In this document: positions 55,899 to 64,000 of the stretch, piece after piece
How the letters are laid out: the number at the start of each line of letters is the position of its first letter
How positions within the stretch are numbered: position 1 is the first letter of the stretch
NCBI GenBank assembly: GCA_050916045.1
Contig: CP051526.1
Coordinates: 1,088,001-1,152,000, forward strand
Length of the DNA stretch: 64,000 nt
Direction: 5' to 3'
From: Tepidisphaera sp.
Lineage (GTDB): Bacteria; Planctomycetota; Phycisphaerae; Phycisphaerales; UBA1924
Made by a program: the position numbers and the translations under genes
The notes under the pieces: generated by a model
The model's input: the letters and a program-made list of their open reading frames with translations, nothing else
Databases searched by the model: none
Told to the model about the DNA's origin: nothing

Positions 55899-55931
55899 CG
55901 CCCGTCGGCCTTTTCTAAGGGCCGGCGGGCG
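55899..55931. terminator. Hairpin inside the element, downstream of its two genes
   Basis: cgcccgtcggcc...ggccggcgggcg stem with one mismatch. Confidence 0.45.
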
Positions 55932-55981
55932 AATTCGTTCGGTAGCCTAACGATGGTGAACCACTGGAGGACCGATGGCAG

Positions 55982-56001
55982 TGCCACAAATCAGCCACAA
56001 A
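55982..56001 (+). promoter_or_regulatory. Putative integrase arm-type sites (left)
   Basis: tgccacaaa-tc-agccacaaa, 11-bp period. Confidence 0.6.
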
Positions 56002-56002
56002 A

Positions 56003-56164
56003 TCACCGATGAAACTCGAGCACCCTCACGCCTTGGATCGGAGTGCCGTCGTACGAGTACGTCGCGGTCTGGAAGACGCTCAGGATCGCCGACAGGATGA
56101 ACGCCAGCAGGACCGCAATTGCGATCAGAACGATCAGCGTCGCAATGCGTATCGCGCGGTCCAT
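56003..56164 (-). CDS. 53-aa single-TM peptide (not in ORF track)
   Basis: MDRAIRIATLIVLIAIAVLLAFILSAILSVFQTATYSYDGTPIQGVRVLEFHR*; ATG overlaps the upstream stop (TAATG). Confidence 0.7.
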   Translation of the reverse strand: MDRAIRIATLIVLIAIAVLLAFILSAILSVFQTATYSYDGTPIQGVRVLEFHR

Positions 56165-56433
56165 TAGCTTGCCGCCTTGTACTTGCTTGCGATCTTCGCC
56201 GCAACTTGGGCCACGCGATCGGGCGATAGGGTACCAAGGACAAGCTGCTGGCCTTCGTGTTCAAGCTCCGATACCCAGACAGCTATCCGCTCAATCAGAA
56301 GATTCCGGGCGGTGGCGTGCCGAGCTGCCAACTGCTCGACGGTCTCGACCGTCAAGTCTGTAACTCGAATCATTTGTCCAGAACCCCTCGCCATCTTGCG
56401 TGACACAGGCTTGCTCTGTGCTCTAGCTGACAT
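56164..56433 (-). CDS. Ribbon-helix-helix-like DNA-binding protein
   Basis: AGGAG RBS 7 nt upstream; 'MIRVT-DLTVETVEQLAARH-AT-ARNLLIERIAVWV' beta-alpha-alpha pattern. Confidence 0.68.
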   Translation of the reverse strand: MSARAQSKPVSRKMARGSGQMIRVTDLTVETVEQLAARHATARNLLIERIAVWVSELEHEGQQLVLGTLSPDRVAQVAAKIASKYKAAS

Positions 56434-56491
56434 GGTTGATCTCCTGTGGTACCACTCATGGCACCTCCAAGTAGGCCGTCAGGCACTGAAC

Positions 56492-56520
56492 CCCACAGTC
56501 TGCCACAAATCTGCCACAAA
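56492..56520 (+). promoter_or_regulatory. Putative integrase arm-type sites (right)
   Basis: cccacag-tc-tgccacaaa-tc-tgccacaaa, 27 bp from the att core. Confidence 0.6.
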
Positions 56521-56547
56521 CTTCGACCCTAACGAACAAAAAGCACT

Positions 56548-56619
56548 AGCGGGCGACCGGATTCGAACCGGCGACGTACAGCTTGGAAGGCTGTCACTCT
56601 ACCACTGAGTTACGCCCGC
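56548..56619 (-). tRNA. tRNA-Gly(TCC)
   Basis: GCGGGCGTAACTCAGTGGTAGAGTGACAGCCTTCCAAGCTGTACGTCGCCGGTTCGAATCCGGTCGCCCGCT; anticodon loop CTTCCAA; CCA not encoded. Confidence 0.96.
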
Positions 56620-56753
56620 AACTCGCGGAACTCTAGGCTCGCAGGTCGGAGGTTTGCCGGTCGTTTGCGGGTGGGCCGCTCTGGGGCCGGCGGGTCTGGG
56701 CGGCTGCCGACCAGCGGTGCGGCGGGTTCGGGGATGGCCGGTACACTCTCGCG

Positions 56754-57266
56754 ATGTCCGAGCTTGCGACCATCATCGAACGCACGAAAGCGATCGAGTC
56801 CGGGCTGGTCCGCCGACTCGGCGCGACCGGTCGCGGCTTGCACGAGAAGGTTGATAGCGTGCAGGGCAAGCTTGATCCGGCGACGGTTCGTGCTTGCCGG
56901 TTTATCGCGACGATTCGGAACAAGACGGTGCACGAGGACGGGTTTGCTCCGACGCGGACCGAGATGAAGAGCTTCGTCGAGCGTTGCGACGAGGTGGAGC
57001 GGTCGCTTGGCGGCGGGCTTCGGCCACGGACGGGGCTGCTTGGGATGTTCGCGTGGACCTTCGCGGCGGCGGTGCTGCTGTTTGCGGCGGTGCTGATGGT
57101 GGTGGTGAGGCCGCTTCGGGACTGGTTGAGCCCGCCGCCGCCGGTGCGCCCGCTTCTGGACGATGTGAAGGTCGCTGGGATCGTGACCGTGGCGGTCATC
57201 GTCCTGACGATCGTGCTTGCGGTGTGGATCCGGGTGCGTGCACGCGGTCGTCAGCGGCGGCGATGA
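56754..57266 (+). CDS. DUF4145/HEPN-like domain protein with two C-terminal TM helices
   Basis: GRGLHEKV...RFIATIRNKTVHE (RxxxxH motif); two hydrophobic segments. Confidence 0.7.
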   Translation: MSELATIIERTKAIESGLVRRLGATGRGLHEKVDSVQGKLDPATVRACRFIATIRNKTVHEDGFAPTRTEMKSFVERCDEVERSLGGGLRPRTGLLGMFAWTFAAAVLLFAAVLMVVVRPLRDWLSPPPPVRPLLDDVKVAGIVTVAVIVLTIVLAVWIRVRARGRQRRR

Positions 57267-57339
57267 TCCGACCGAGACCCGTACCGGTTCGGGCGCGGTC
57301 GGGGATCCGAAAGCGACCCTGGCGCGATATTCTGTGGGC

Positions 57340-58593
57340 ATGATCATCCGTTCCTTGGTCGCCGCGTCGGTCTTCGTGCTCGGTTCATCCACATCGCTCG
57401 CCCAGTCGGAGGGCGCGTCCGCGGCCGCTCCGGCGGCGCAGGGCCAAGCTTCGTCGACCGAAGCTCTTCGGGGCGAGCTCAACGCGCTGCTCGCGTCGAT
57501 GGCGGCTCGGGCGCTGGATGCGGACTTTGACGGGTACCTCAAGCACATCGATCCGGCGGATGATCGGTTCGTCAACGAGCAGAAGTACTGGGCCAAGGAT
57601 CTGCTTCGGGTGCCGGCGGCTGAGCTTGTCTATGAGCTCGGCGAGGAGATCAAGACACCGGCGGAGGGCGTGGCGGAAGCGCGGCTCACCGTGAAGTGGG
57701 CGATGAAGAAGCCTGATGGGACCAAAGCCAAGGCGCGGGACGTGAACTTTGACGCGCGGTTTTCGAAGCGCGACGGGAAGTGGACCTACTCGGGCGAAGC
57801 GTGGCTCCGGCACGAAGCTCCGGGTGTGATCGTCTTCTACTGGCCTGGGTTTGAGGATCTCGCCAAGGGCGTCGCGGAGGTCTTCCCGAGCATTCGGGCG
57901 GCGGTGGAGCCTGGGTTCAACCTCGTCGTTCCGCGGGCGCAGGAGATCAAGCTTTTCGCATCGATGAAGCACCTGCAGCATTCGATCTGCTTGTCGTACA
58001 CCGACGGGCTGGGCGGGTGGAACGAGCCCGGTGAGCCGATCAAGCAGCTTGCGCACAAGGGGCAGACGGGCGAGAGTTCGAAGGTTGTGCTTGCGCACGA
58101 GTTCGGTCACGCGTGCACGTTTGAGATGGGACCGACGTCGAACGAGATGCCGTGGTGGGCGCTGGAGGGTGTGGCGGAGCTTTCGGCGGAGGTGTTCTCG
58201 AACAGCCGGGAGTCGAACGATCGCGCGGTGCGGAAGATGGCGAGGGAGGGGAAGATTCCGAACTGGGATGATCTGGCGCGGTTCAACGAGGTGAGCGGGG
58301 AGAACTACGGCAAGGTCTACACGCTTGGGCATCACATGCTCGGGTTTATCTCGGATCGCTTTGAACGCAAGGGGCGGGTCGCGTGGCTTCACGCGATGTC
58401 CAACGGCAAGTCGCTGGATGAAGCGACGCGGTCGGCGCTGGGGATGAGCTTCGCCGAGCTTGACGCCGAGTGGCGTGCGGAGATCGCCAAGCCTCTTCCG
58501 GAGAAGGAAGGGAAGCCGGAGGGATCGGAAGCGGACAAGCCCGCGGGCGACACCAAGCCGGCGCCGAAAGCGGACGCCGCTCCGCAGAAGTGA
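57340..58593 (+). CDS. Secreted gluzincin (peptidase MA-like), paralog of 5408-6631
   Basis: AHEFGH, MPWWALEGVAE; shares EQ..WAKDLL, W.Y.GEA and GHHM.GFI. Confidence 0.8.
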   Translation: MIIRSLVAASVFVLGSSTSLAQSEGASAAAPAAQGQASSTEALRGELNALLASMAARALDADFDGYLKHIDPADDRFVNEQKYWAKDLLRVPAAELVYELGEEIKTPAEGVAEARLTVKWAMKKPDGTKAKARDVNFDARFSKRDGKWTYSGEAWLRHEAPGVIVFYWPGFEDLAKGVAEVFPSIRAAVEPGFNLVVPRAQEIKLFASMKHLQHSICLSYTDGLGGWNEPGEPIKQLAHKGQTGESSKVVLAHEFGHACTFEMGPTSNEMPWWALEGVAELSAEVFSNSRESNDRAVRKMAREGKIPNWDDLARFNEVSGENYGKVYTLGHHMLGFISDRFERKGRVAWLHAMSNGKSLDEATRSALGMSFAELDAEWRAEIAKPLPEKEGKPEGSEADKPAGDTKPAPKADAAPQK

Positions 58594-58620
58594 GCCTCGC
58601 GAGGCGGGATGGGTTGAGGA

Positions 58621-59994
58621 TCAGTGACCGCCGCCGTGGCCCGCGTCCTTCTTGGCTTCGGGCTTGGCGTCTTTCTTCGCGGCGCCGGGGCCGGCTTTGA
58701 ACTGCGGTGTGGGGAGCTTGGGCGGAGCCGGGGCTTTGGCCGAGCCTTTCTTGGCGTCGTCCTTTTTCGCGCCGTGTCCGTCGTCTTTCTTGCCGTGAGC
58801 GTCTTTGCCGGCGTCGGCTTTGCCGTGGCCGTCGTCGGCGTGGGCGGCGTCCGCGTGGCCGTCGCCGTGCTCACCTTCGTGGCCGTGTTCGTCCGAGCGG
58901 ACGACTTCGCCCGCGGCGCCCTTGCGGTCGTTTCGGTCGGCGAGTTTGACGCCGGGGTGAGCGGGCTCGGGCGAGGGAGCTTTGTGGATGAAACAGACGT
59001 AGACGAGGAGGGTGAGCCCGACGAAGAGCGTGTAGACGCCGAGCCAGCCGAGGGTGTCGCGGAAGGTCTTGGGTCTGGACTGAAGCGGAGCGCTGATTGT
59101 GGCGACGGCGCGCAGGGCGTGCGGCTCGGCTTTGCTCGCGACCTGGGCCGCCGTGTGACCCGCGGCATGGAGCACTCGACGCGCGGCGGTGGTGGTGTGC
59201 GGGGCTTCCTCGGCGGCGTGCGTCGGCGTCGGAGGAGGTGGGGGAGGTGGGGGCGGTGTGCTCTCGTGAGCGACCGTCGTGGCTGCGGCCGGCTCGGGCT
59301 TGGCGGCGTGCTCTTTGGTTTCGGCGACTGGCTCCGCCTCGGCGGCTTTGGGTTCGCCAAGACCGGAAAGGAGTTCGTCCGTCAGCGAATCAAAGCTCTC
59401 TCGCTCTCCGCCGCCCGTGCCGGCGGAGCCGGTCGCCGGTGCGTTGCCCACCACGATCGTCGGATCGTCGCGGTCCAGACCGGCGAGCAGTTCATCCGAG
59501 AGCGAAGCGAACGCGTCGGTGGCGAGACTCTCGACGCCGTCGTCGGAATCGGCGGTCGTCTCTTCGGCGGAAGCTTCCGTGGCTTCGGCGACCGGCTCGG
59601 GTTGCGCGTCGGTCTCGGCTTGTGGAGCGGGCTCCTCAGCGGTCTCTTCGGCGGTCGCCGGTTCCTCTGCGGCCTGTGCGGCTTGGATGTCGTGGTGGGC
59701 GGGCTGCTTTGCGACGGGCTCGGCGGCGGGGGCTTGGGTGTCGGCTTTGGGCGTCGGCGTCTGGGCAGCGGTGGGATCGCCGGGAGGCGCGACGGCGGCG
59801 GCGACCTCCTTGACCATTTCGTCGACGGCTGCGGCGAGGTCTTCGAGCTGCGGCTGGGCGGCCTCGGCTGCCTTGGGTTTGGAAGCTTCCAACTCGGCGT
59901 TGAGCCGTTCGGCGGCTTGGCTCATTTCACTGAGCAACGACTCGACGCTTTCGTCGAGACTCGGCGCCGGCTTGGGGTCTGCTTCCGTAGACAT
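58621..59994 (-). CDS. Low-complexity acidic membrane protein with His/Lys-rich C-terminus
   Basis: MSTEADPK...; Ala/Glu/Pro-rich region, TM 'LGWLGVYTLFVGLTLLVYVCFI', ends DAGHGGGH. Confidence 0.7.
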   Translation of the reverse strand: MSTEADPKPAPSLDESVESLLSEMSQAAERLNAELEASKPKAAEAAQPQLEDLAAAVDEMVKEVAAAVAPPGDPTAAQTPTPKADTQAPAAEPVAKQPAHHDIQAAQAAEEPATAEETAEEPAPQAETDAQPEPVAEATEASAEETTADSDDGVESLATDAFASLSDELLAGLDRDDPTIVVGNAPATGSAGTGGGERESFDSLTDELLSGLGEPKAAEAEPVAETKEHAAKPEPAAATTVAHESTPPPPPPPPPTPTHAAEEAPHTTTAARRVLHAAGHTAAQVASKAEPHALRAVATISAPLQSRPKTFRDTLGWLGVYTLFVGLTLLVYVCFIHKAPSPEPAHPGVKLADRNDRKGAAGEVVRSDEHGHEGEHGDGHADAAHADDGHGKADAGKDAHGKKDDGHGAKKDDAKKGSAKAPAPPKLPTPQFKAGPGAAKKDAKPEAKKDAGHGGGH

Positions 59995-60167
59995 AGGACT
60001 TGCGAACGGGCAACTGGCGTCCTCCGCACCGAAGACCATCGGGCGGAAACGCGGGGCCGCGGAGGGCGAACCCAGTGTCCCCATAGTGTCGCAGAATCGG
60101 ATTCCGTGTGCGCGGCCTGTGACGGCGGTTCGCGGGCGATAATGGATGAGCCGCCTGAATAGGTGGT

Positions 60168-60890
60168 CTATTCGGCCGTAACGGGATTCGAGAGCGTCCC
60201 GAGGCCGGGGATCTCGATTTCGACCTGGTCGCCGGCTTGGAGGAAGACCGGCGGTTTGCGGGCCATGCCGACGCCGCTGGGGGTGCCGGTGAGGATGACG
60301 GTTCCCGGGAGGAGTGTGGTCCCGCTGGTGCACTCGGCGATGAGGGTGGCGACGTCGAAGATCATGTCGCTGGTGCCGGTGTCCTGCATGGTCTGCCCGT
60401 TGAGGCGGCAGATGAGGCGGAGGGCTTGCGGGTCGGGCACCTTGCTGGCGGGCGTCAGGACGGGACCGAGGGGGCAGAAGGTGTCGAAGCTCTTGCCGCG
60501 GTTGAACTGGCCGCCGGCGCCTTCCTTTTGCCACCAGCGGGCGGAGACGTCGTTGGCGGGGGCGTAACCGAGGACGCAGGAGAGAGCTTCGCTTTTGGGG
60601 ATGTCGCGTAGGGGCTTGCCCTGGGGGTGCATGAGGACGACGGCGAGCTCGGCTTCGAAGTCGACCTGCGGACGGTCCTGGCAGATTCTGGGGATGACGA
60701 TGGGTTCGCCGTGGAGCGAAGCGGCGAGGGGGTTTTTGGTGAAGAGGACGGGGCGTTCGGGCGCGCCCTTGCCTTGCTCGAGGGCGTGGGCGGCGTAGTT
60801 CATGCCGATGCCGATGATGTGGCGGAGCAGGAGCGAATTGCCGCCGGGAAGTTCAACGGAGACGCCAAGCGGGGACCTGGTGAGATTCAT
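60168..60890 (-). CDS. Fumarylacetoacetate hydrolase family protein
   Basis: IGMNYAAH, VDFEAELAVV, NDVSAR, GKSFDTFCPLGP, TGTPSGVG. Confidence 0.94.
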   Translation of the reverse strand: MNLTRSPLGVSVELPGGNSLLLRHIIGIGMNYAAHALEQGKGAPERPVLFTKNPLAASLHGEPIVIPRICQDRPQVDFEAELAVVLMHPQGKPLRDIPKSEALSCVLGYAPANDVSARWWQKEGAGGQFNRGKSFDTFCPLGPVLTPASKVPDPQALRLICRLNGQTMQDTGTSDMIFDVATLIAECTSGTTLLPGTVILTGTPSGVGMARKPPVFLQAGDQVEIEIPGLGTLSNPVTAE

Positions 60891-60919
60891 TCCCGAGGGT
60901 AGACGGGGCGCGGGGTGCC

Positions 60920-60957
60920 AAAATGAAGACCGGGCGTCGCCACCAGCGACGCCCGGG
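60920..60957 (-). terminator. Putative terminator after bactofilin
   Basis: ccgggcgtcgc-cacca-gcgacgcccgg stem followed by a T-rich tract on the minus strand. Confidence 0.55.
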
Positions 60958-61020
60958 TCTTATGTTCCCACCGGCGACTCGGGAATGGACCCCGAAGCCG
61001 GCCACCAGAAATCAAATGAG

Positions 61021-61500
61021 TTAGTGAGGAGTCGCTTTGGGCGACTGGAGCCAGCTCGGCGTGGGCGTCGAGGTGGCGGGGGCGGCGTTGTTGACGGGCC
61101 CGTTCATGTTGGCGAGGCGCGTGACGCGCGGCTTGGGCTCGATCTCGGCTTCTTCGCCGGCCTTGGCGGCCTGCGGGCCCACGCGGCACTGGCCGGTGTA
61201 GGTCGCGCCCTCGGCGACGATGATCGCGGCGGCGTTGATGTCGCCTTTGACGCGGGCTTTGCCGGAGAGGCTGAGTCGTTCGCGAGCGACGACGTCACCT
61301 TCGACGGTTCCGTCGACGATAACGCTCCGGGCTTCGACGGTGGCTTTGCAGAGCGCGCCTTCGGCGATGTGAACTTCGCCGCCGCTGACGATGCGTCCTT
61401 CGATGCTTCCGTAGATCTTGGCGGCCTGATCGAGGACGAGCTCGCCCTTGAACTTCGCGTCGCGTGCAATGACTGTCAGTGTGTTCTCGTCCGTGGGCAT
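61021..61500 (-). CDS. Bactofilin (polymer-forming cytoskeletal protein)
   Basis: TVIARDAKFKGEL...IYGSIEGRI...DGTVEGDV...VKGDI...AEGATYTGQC. Confidence 0.92.
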   Translation of the reverse strand: MPTDENTLTVIARDAKFKGELVLDQAAKIYGSIEGRIVSGGEVHIAEGALCKATVEARSVIVDGTVEGDVVARERLSLSGKARVKGDINAAAIIVAEGATYTGQCRVGPQAAKAGEEAEIEPKPRVTRLANMNGPVNNAAPATSTPTPSWLQSPKATPH

Positions 61501-61711
61501 CCGAAGCCTCCGCTTGTGTCCGGGCCCCGCACGGATCCTCCGTGCGGCTTCCCCGCTCGACTGATGAGGGGGTGAAGTCCTTGGGCGCAAGTCTTGCCCA
61601 AGCGTAGCCGGTACTCCCTCGCTATCGGCCCTTCCCGACCCTTCTACTTGAGAATCACCCGGGCTTGGCGTCTGAATCTTCGAGGAAGCCGGAGGCGAAC
61701 AGTTCCCCGAC

Positions 61712-62197
61712 ATGCACGAGCACACGTTGGTCTCTGATTTTGTGATCCCACGCCCGCGGGATGAGGTCTTCGCGTTCTTCTCTGACGTGGCGAATCTGGA
61801 GCGGATCACGCCCTCTTGGCTGAACTTCAGGATCCTGACTCCGCTTCCGGTTGAGATGAAGACCGGAGCGCGGATGGACTACCGGATCGGCCTGCGTGGC
61901 CTTCCGATGACGTGGAAGACGCTGATCTCATCGTGGTGTCCGCCACACTCCTTTGTGGATGAGCAGATCAAGGGGCCCTACGCGTTGTGGCATCACACGC
62001 ACGAGTTCTTCTCGGTTCCGGATCCGCGGAATCCGGGTGGTCCGGGCGCGACGCGGATGGTGGACACGGTGCGATACCGGATTCCCTTCGGGCCGCTTGG
62101 GAGTCTGGCGCACGTGCTTTTCGTGCGTCGGGACCTTGAACGAATCTTCGCCTATCGACGGCAGCACATCGGGCAGATCATGGGGATCGAGCCCTGA
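61712..62197 (+). CDS. SRPBCC family protein
   Basis: VFAFFSDVANLERITP, FVDEQIKGPYALWHHTHEF, IFAYR. Confidence 0.9.
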   Translation: MHEHTLVSDFVIPRPRDEVFAFFSDVANLERITPSWLNFRILTPLPVEMKTGARMDYRIGLRGLPMTWKTLISSWCPPHSFVDEQIKGPYALWHHTHEFFSVPDPRNPGGPGATRMVDTVRYRIPFGPLGSLAHVLFVRRDLERIFAYRRQHIGQIMGIEP

Positions 62198-62266
62198 TCC
62201 GGTGGGATTCTGGGGCGAGGGCGTGGGAGGGATCGAGGTCTTATAACCCGCGTGGGGCCGGCCGGC

Positions 62267-62827
62267 TCACTTTGATTCGGCGAGCGTTCGGATCTTCGCG
62301 TCTACTTCCTGCGCGAGGATCGGGCTGAATCCACGGTCGTGGAACCAGAGGACTTTGCCTTGGGCGTCCAGCAGGAGGACGCGCGCGGGCATGGGGTTTT
62401 CGGTGCCGGTGAAGGCTTCGAGGGTGTCAGCGTCGCCGTAGACGGTGATGACGTTTGCCCAGAGCTCCTGGGGGATGCCCTTTCGCATGCCATCGTCGAT
62501 CTGGTTGGCGAAGAGGCCGGGGACGAGACCGGAGATGGTGGGGAGCTCGTACATCGCGACGGGCGTGCTCATTTGGAGCATGGCGACCATCCAGCGATCG
62601 ATGTCGAACTGGGTGAACTGCTTGTAGCCGATGAAGACGAGCGCGGGCTTGCCGGCGAAGTCGGCGGGGAGGGTGCGGGGTTTGCCCTCGAGGGTTTCGC
62701 CGCGCACGGAGGGGAAGGTCTTGCCGATCAGCGTGGCGGGATCGACCTTGGTGGTAGAGGAGCAGCCGGCGGAGATGAGGATCGCGGTGGCGAGCGTGAA
62801 CACGGATGCGAGCTTGAAGCTGAACAT
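62267..62827 (-). CDS. Thioredoxin-like fold lipoprotein (no CxxC)
   Basis: Lipobox ISAGC; FPSVRGETLEG..TLPADFAGK; VLLLDAQGKVLW. Confidence 0.7.
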   Translation of the reverse strand: MFSFKLASVFTLATAILISAGCSSTTKVDPATLIGKTFPSVRGETLEGKPRTLPADFAGKPALVFIGYKQFTQFDIDRWMVAMLQMSTPVAMYELPTISGLVPGLFANQIDDGMRKGIPQELWANVITVYGDADTLEAFTGTENPMPARVLLLDAQGKVLWFHDRGFSPILAQEVDAKIRTLAESK

Positions 62828-62968
62828 GGACGGTGCCCCTGTGAGGATGGAACGTGGGAAGGCGAGAGCAGGATAGGGCTTGCCGATCCCGGGCTTGCGG
62901 GCCTTCGTTTAACGCAGTCTTGATGGGAGCGGTGCGGATGACCGTGCGTGCTGAAGTACGCTTGCCGG

Positions 62969-63928
62969 ATGCAGGATCGCTTTGGAGTCTCCCACGTCCT
63001 CCGGTTGATGGCGTGCGTGTGCATCGCGGCGGGTGGGTGCGCGGACCGGGGAGTGGTGGGGGATGGCGGGATTGAGGTCGACACTCAGGGGTTGATGGTG
63101 ATCAAGCCGGTGGCGCGGCTTGGACCTGGGGCGGGCAAAGAGATTTCCGGGATTGTGCGGAGCCGGCGGGACCCGACGGCTTTCTGGACGCTGAATGACT
63201 CTGGCGATGAGCCTCGTCTTTATCCGGTTCGTCTGGATGGGACGGTGGTGCCTTCGACGCGGTATCCGGAGGTTCCCGGCGTTTTGGTCGGGGGCGCGAT
63301 CAACGTGGACTGGGAAGCCATCGCGATGGACGCTTCGGGAAGGGTTGTGATCGCGGATCTGGGGAACAACAGCAACGCGCGAGCGGATCTGACGCTTTAC
63401 TTTGTGGAGGAGCCGGAAGCGACGGAGGGGAGGACTTCGGCGACGTCGAAGATACTGATTCGATATCCGGATCAGCCGTCGCGGCCCGCGCCTCGGGAGA
63501 ACTTCAACTTTGACGCCGAAGGGGTGTTCACGGTGGGGCATGAGATCTTCATCCTCACCAAGCACAGGTCGGACACGGCGACGAAGTTGTACCGGGTGGG
63601 CGAGCGGAGGATCGGAGTGGTGAACGATCTTGAGTTCGTCGAGAGGTTTGAGATCGCGGGTCAGGTGACGGGGGCGGACGCGAGCCCGGACGGGCTTCGG
63701 CTTGCGGTGCTGACGTACGGCTCAATCTGGCTTTTCGAGAGGACGAGTGTTTCGGAGTCGTTCTTCGGGGGCGTCGCGTACGAGCGGCGGTATCGGATGG
63801 AGGATGGGAAGAGCGACAGCGAAGCGATCTGCTTCGGGAGCGATGATGAGCTTGTGATCGCGGACGAGGCACGCGGGCTGCTGTATCGAGTGCCGGTGGA
63901 AGCGGTTCGCGCGGGAGGTCGGCGATGA
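62969..63928 (+). CDS. Hypothetical beta-propeller lipoprotein
   Basis: AAGGC lipobox; EISGI, NDSGD, VDWEAI, ADLGNN, FDAEG, VTGAD, EAICF blade motifs; start uncertain. Confidence 0.72.
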   Translation: MQDRFGVSHVLRLMACVCIAAGGCADRGVVGDGGIEVDTQGLMVIKPVARLGPGAGKEISGIVRSRRDPTAFWTLNDSGDEPRLYPVRLDGTVVPSTRYPEVPGVLVGGAINVDWEAIAMDASGRVVIADLGNNSNARADLTLYFVEEPEATEGRTSATSKILIRYPDQPSRPAPRENFNFDAEGVFTVGHEIFILTKHRSDTATKLYRVGERRIGVVNDLEFVERFEIAGQVTGADASPDGLRLAVLTYGSIWLFERTSVSESFFGGVAYERRYRMEDGKSDSEAICFGSDDELVIADEARGLLYRVPVEAVRAGGRR

Positions 63929-64000
63929 TTCGGAGTGGCGAGGCGCGGAAGCAGGCGGTCACCGAGGGCGATGTGAACCAAACGCTGGATCGGGAGGAGT

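Larger units (their letters stand above)
55831..56593. mobile_element. Miniature integrase-less integrative element in tRNA-Gly
   Basis: Identical 46-bp direct repeats at 55831-55876 and 56548-56593 (tRNA 3' half); 671-bp interior with arm-type repeats and two small genes. Confidence 0.85.

Noticed and set aside
56043..56608. Plus-strand ORFs inside the mini-element as integrase remnants
   Set aside because: No tyrosine- or serine-recombinase motifs; they are antisense to the RBS-supported minus-strand pair.

Overview
High-GC bacterial chromosomal segment, most likely Planctomycetota (Phycisphaerales-like; inferred from C-terminal 'DFNxDGFxDFFD...FEAGC' dockerin-like tails, CPxCG zinc-ribbon membrane protein and TPR-secretin). 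It is mostly housekeeping and envelope genes (sucC, miaA, asnB, folC, ggt, alaS, rluD-like, mnmE-like, coaX, kynA, cyclophilin, Nif3, prolyl oligopeptidase, GH15, Ser/Thr kinase, secretin, bactofilin) plus tRNA-Val(GAC) and tRNA-Gly(TCC). The best finding is a 717-bp integrase-less element inserted in tRNA-Gly. It is bounded by perfect 46-bp att-like direct repeats, carries 11-bp-phased GCCACAAA arm-type repeats near both ends, and encodes a translationally coupled pair: a ribbon-helix-helix-like protein and a 53-aa single-TM peptide missing from the ORF track. A HEPN/DUF4145-like membrane protein lies on the other side of the tRNA. Other signals: a degenerate 21-bp tandem array, an octamer-flanked hairpin, a 19x7-bp AT-rich array, a GTAG REP, near-identical dockerin tails, and a strand-composition switch near 37 kb. 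All calls are by eye; no database searches were run.
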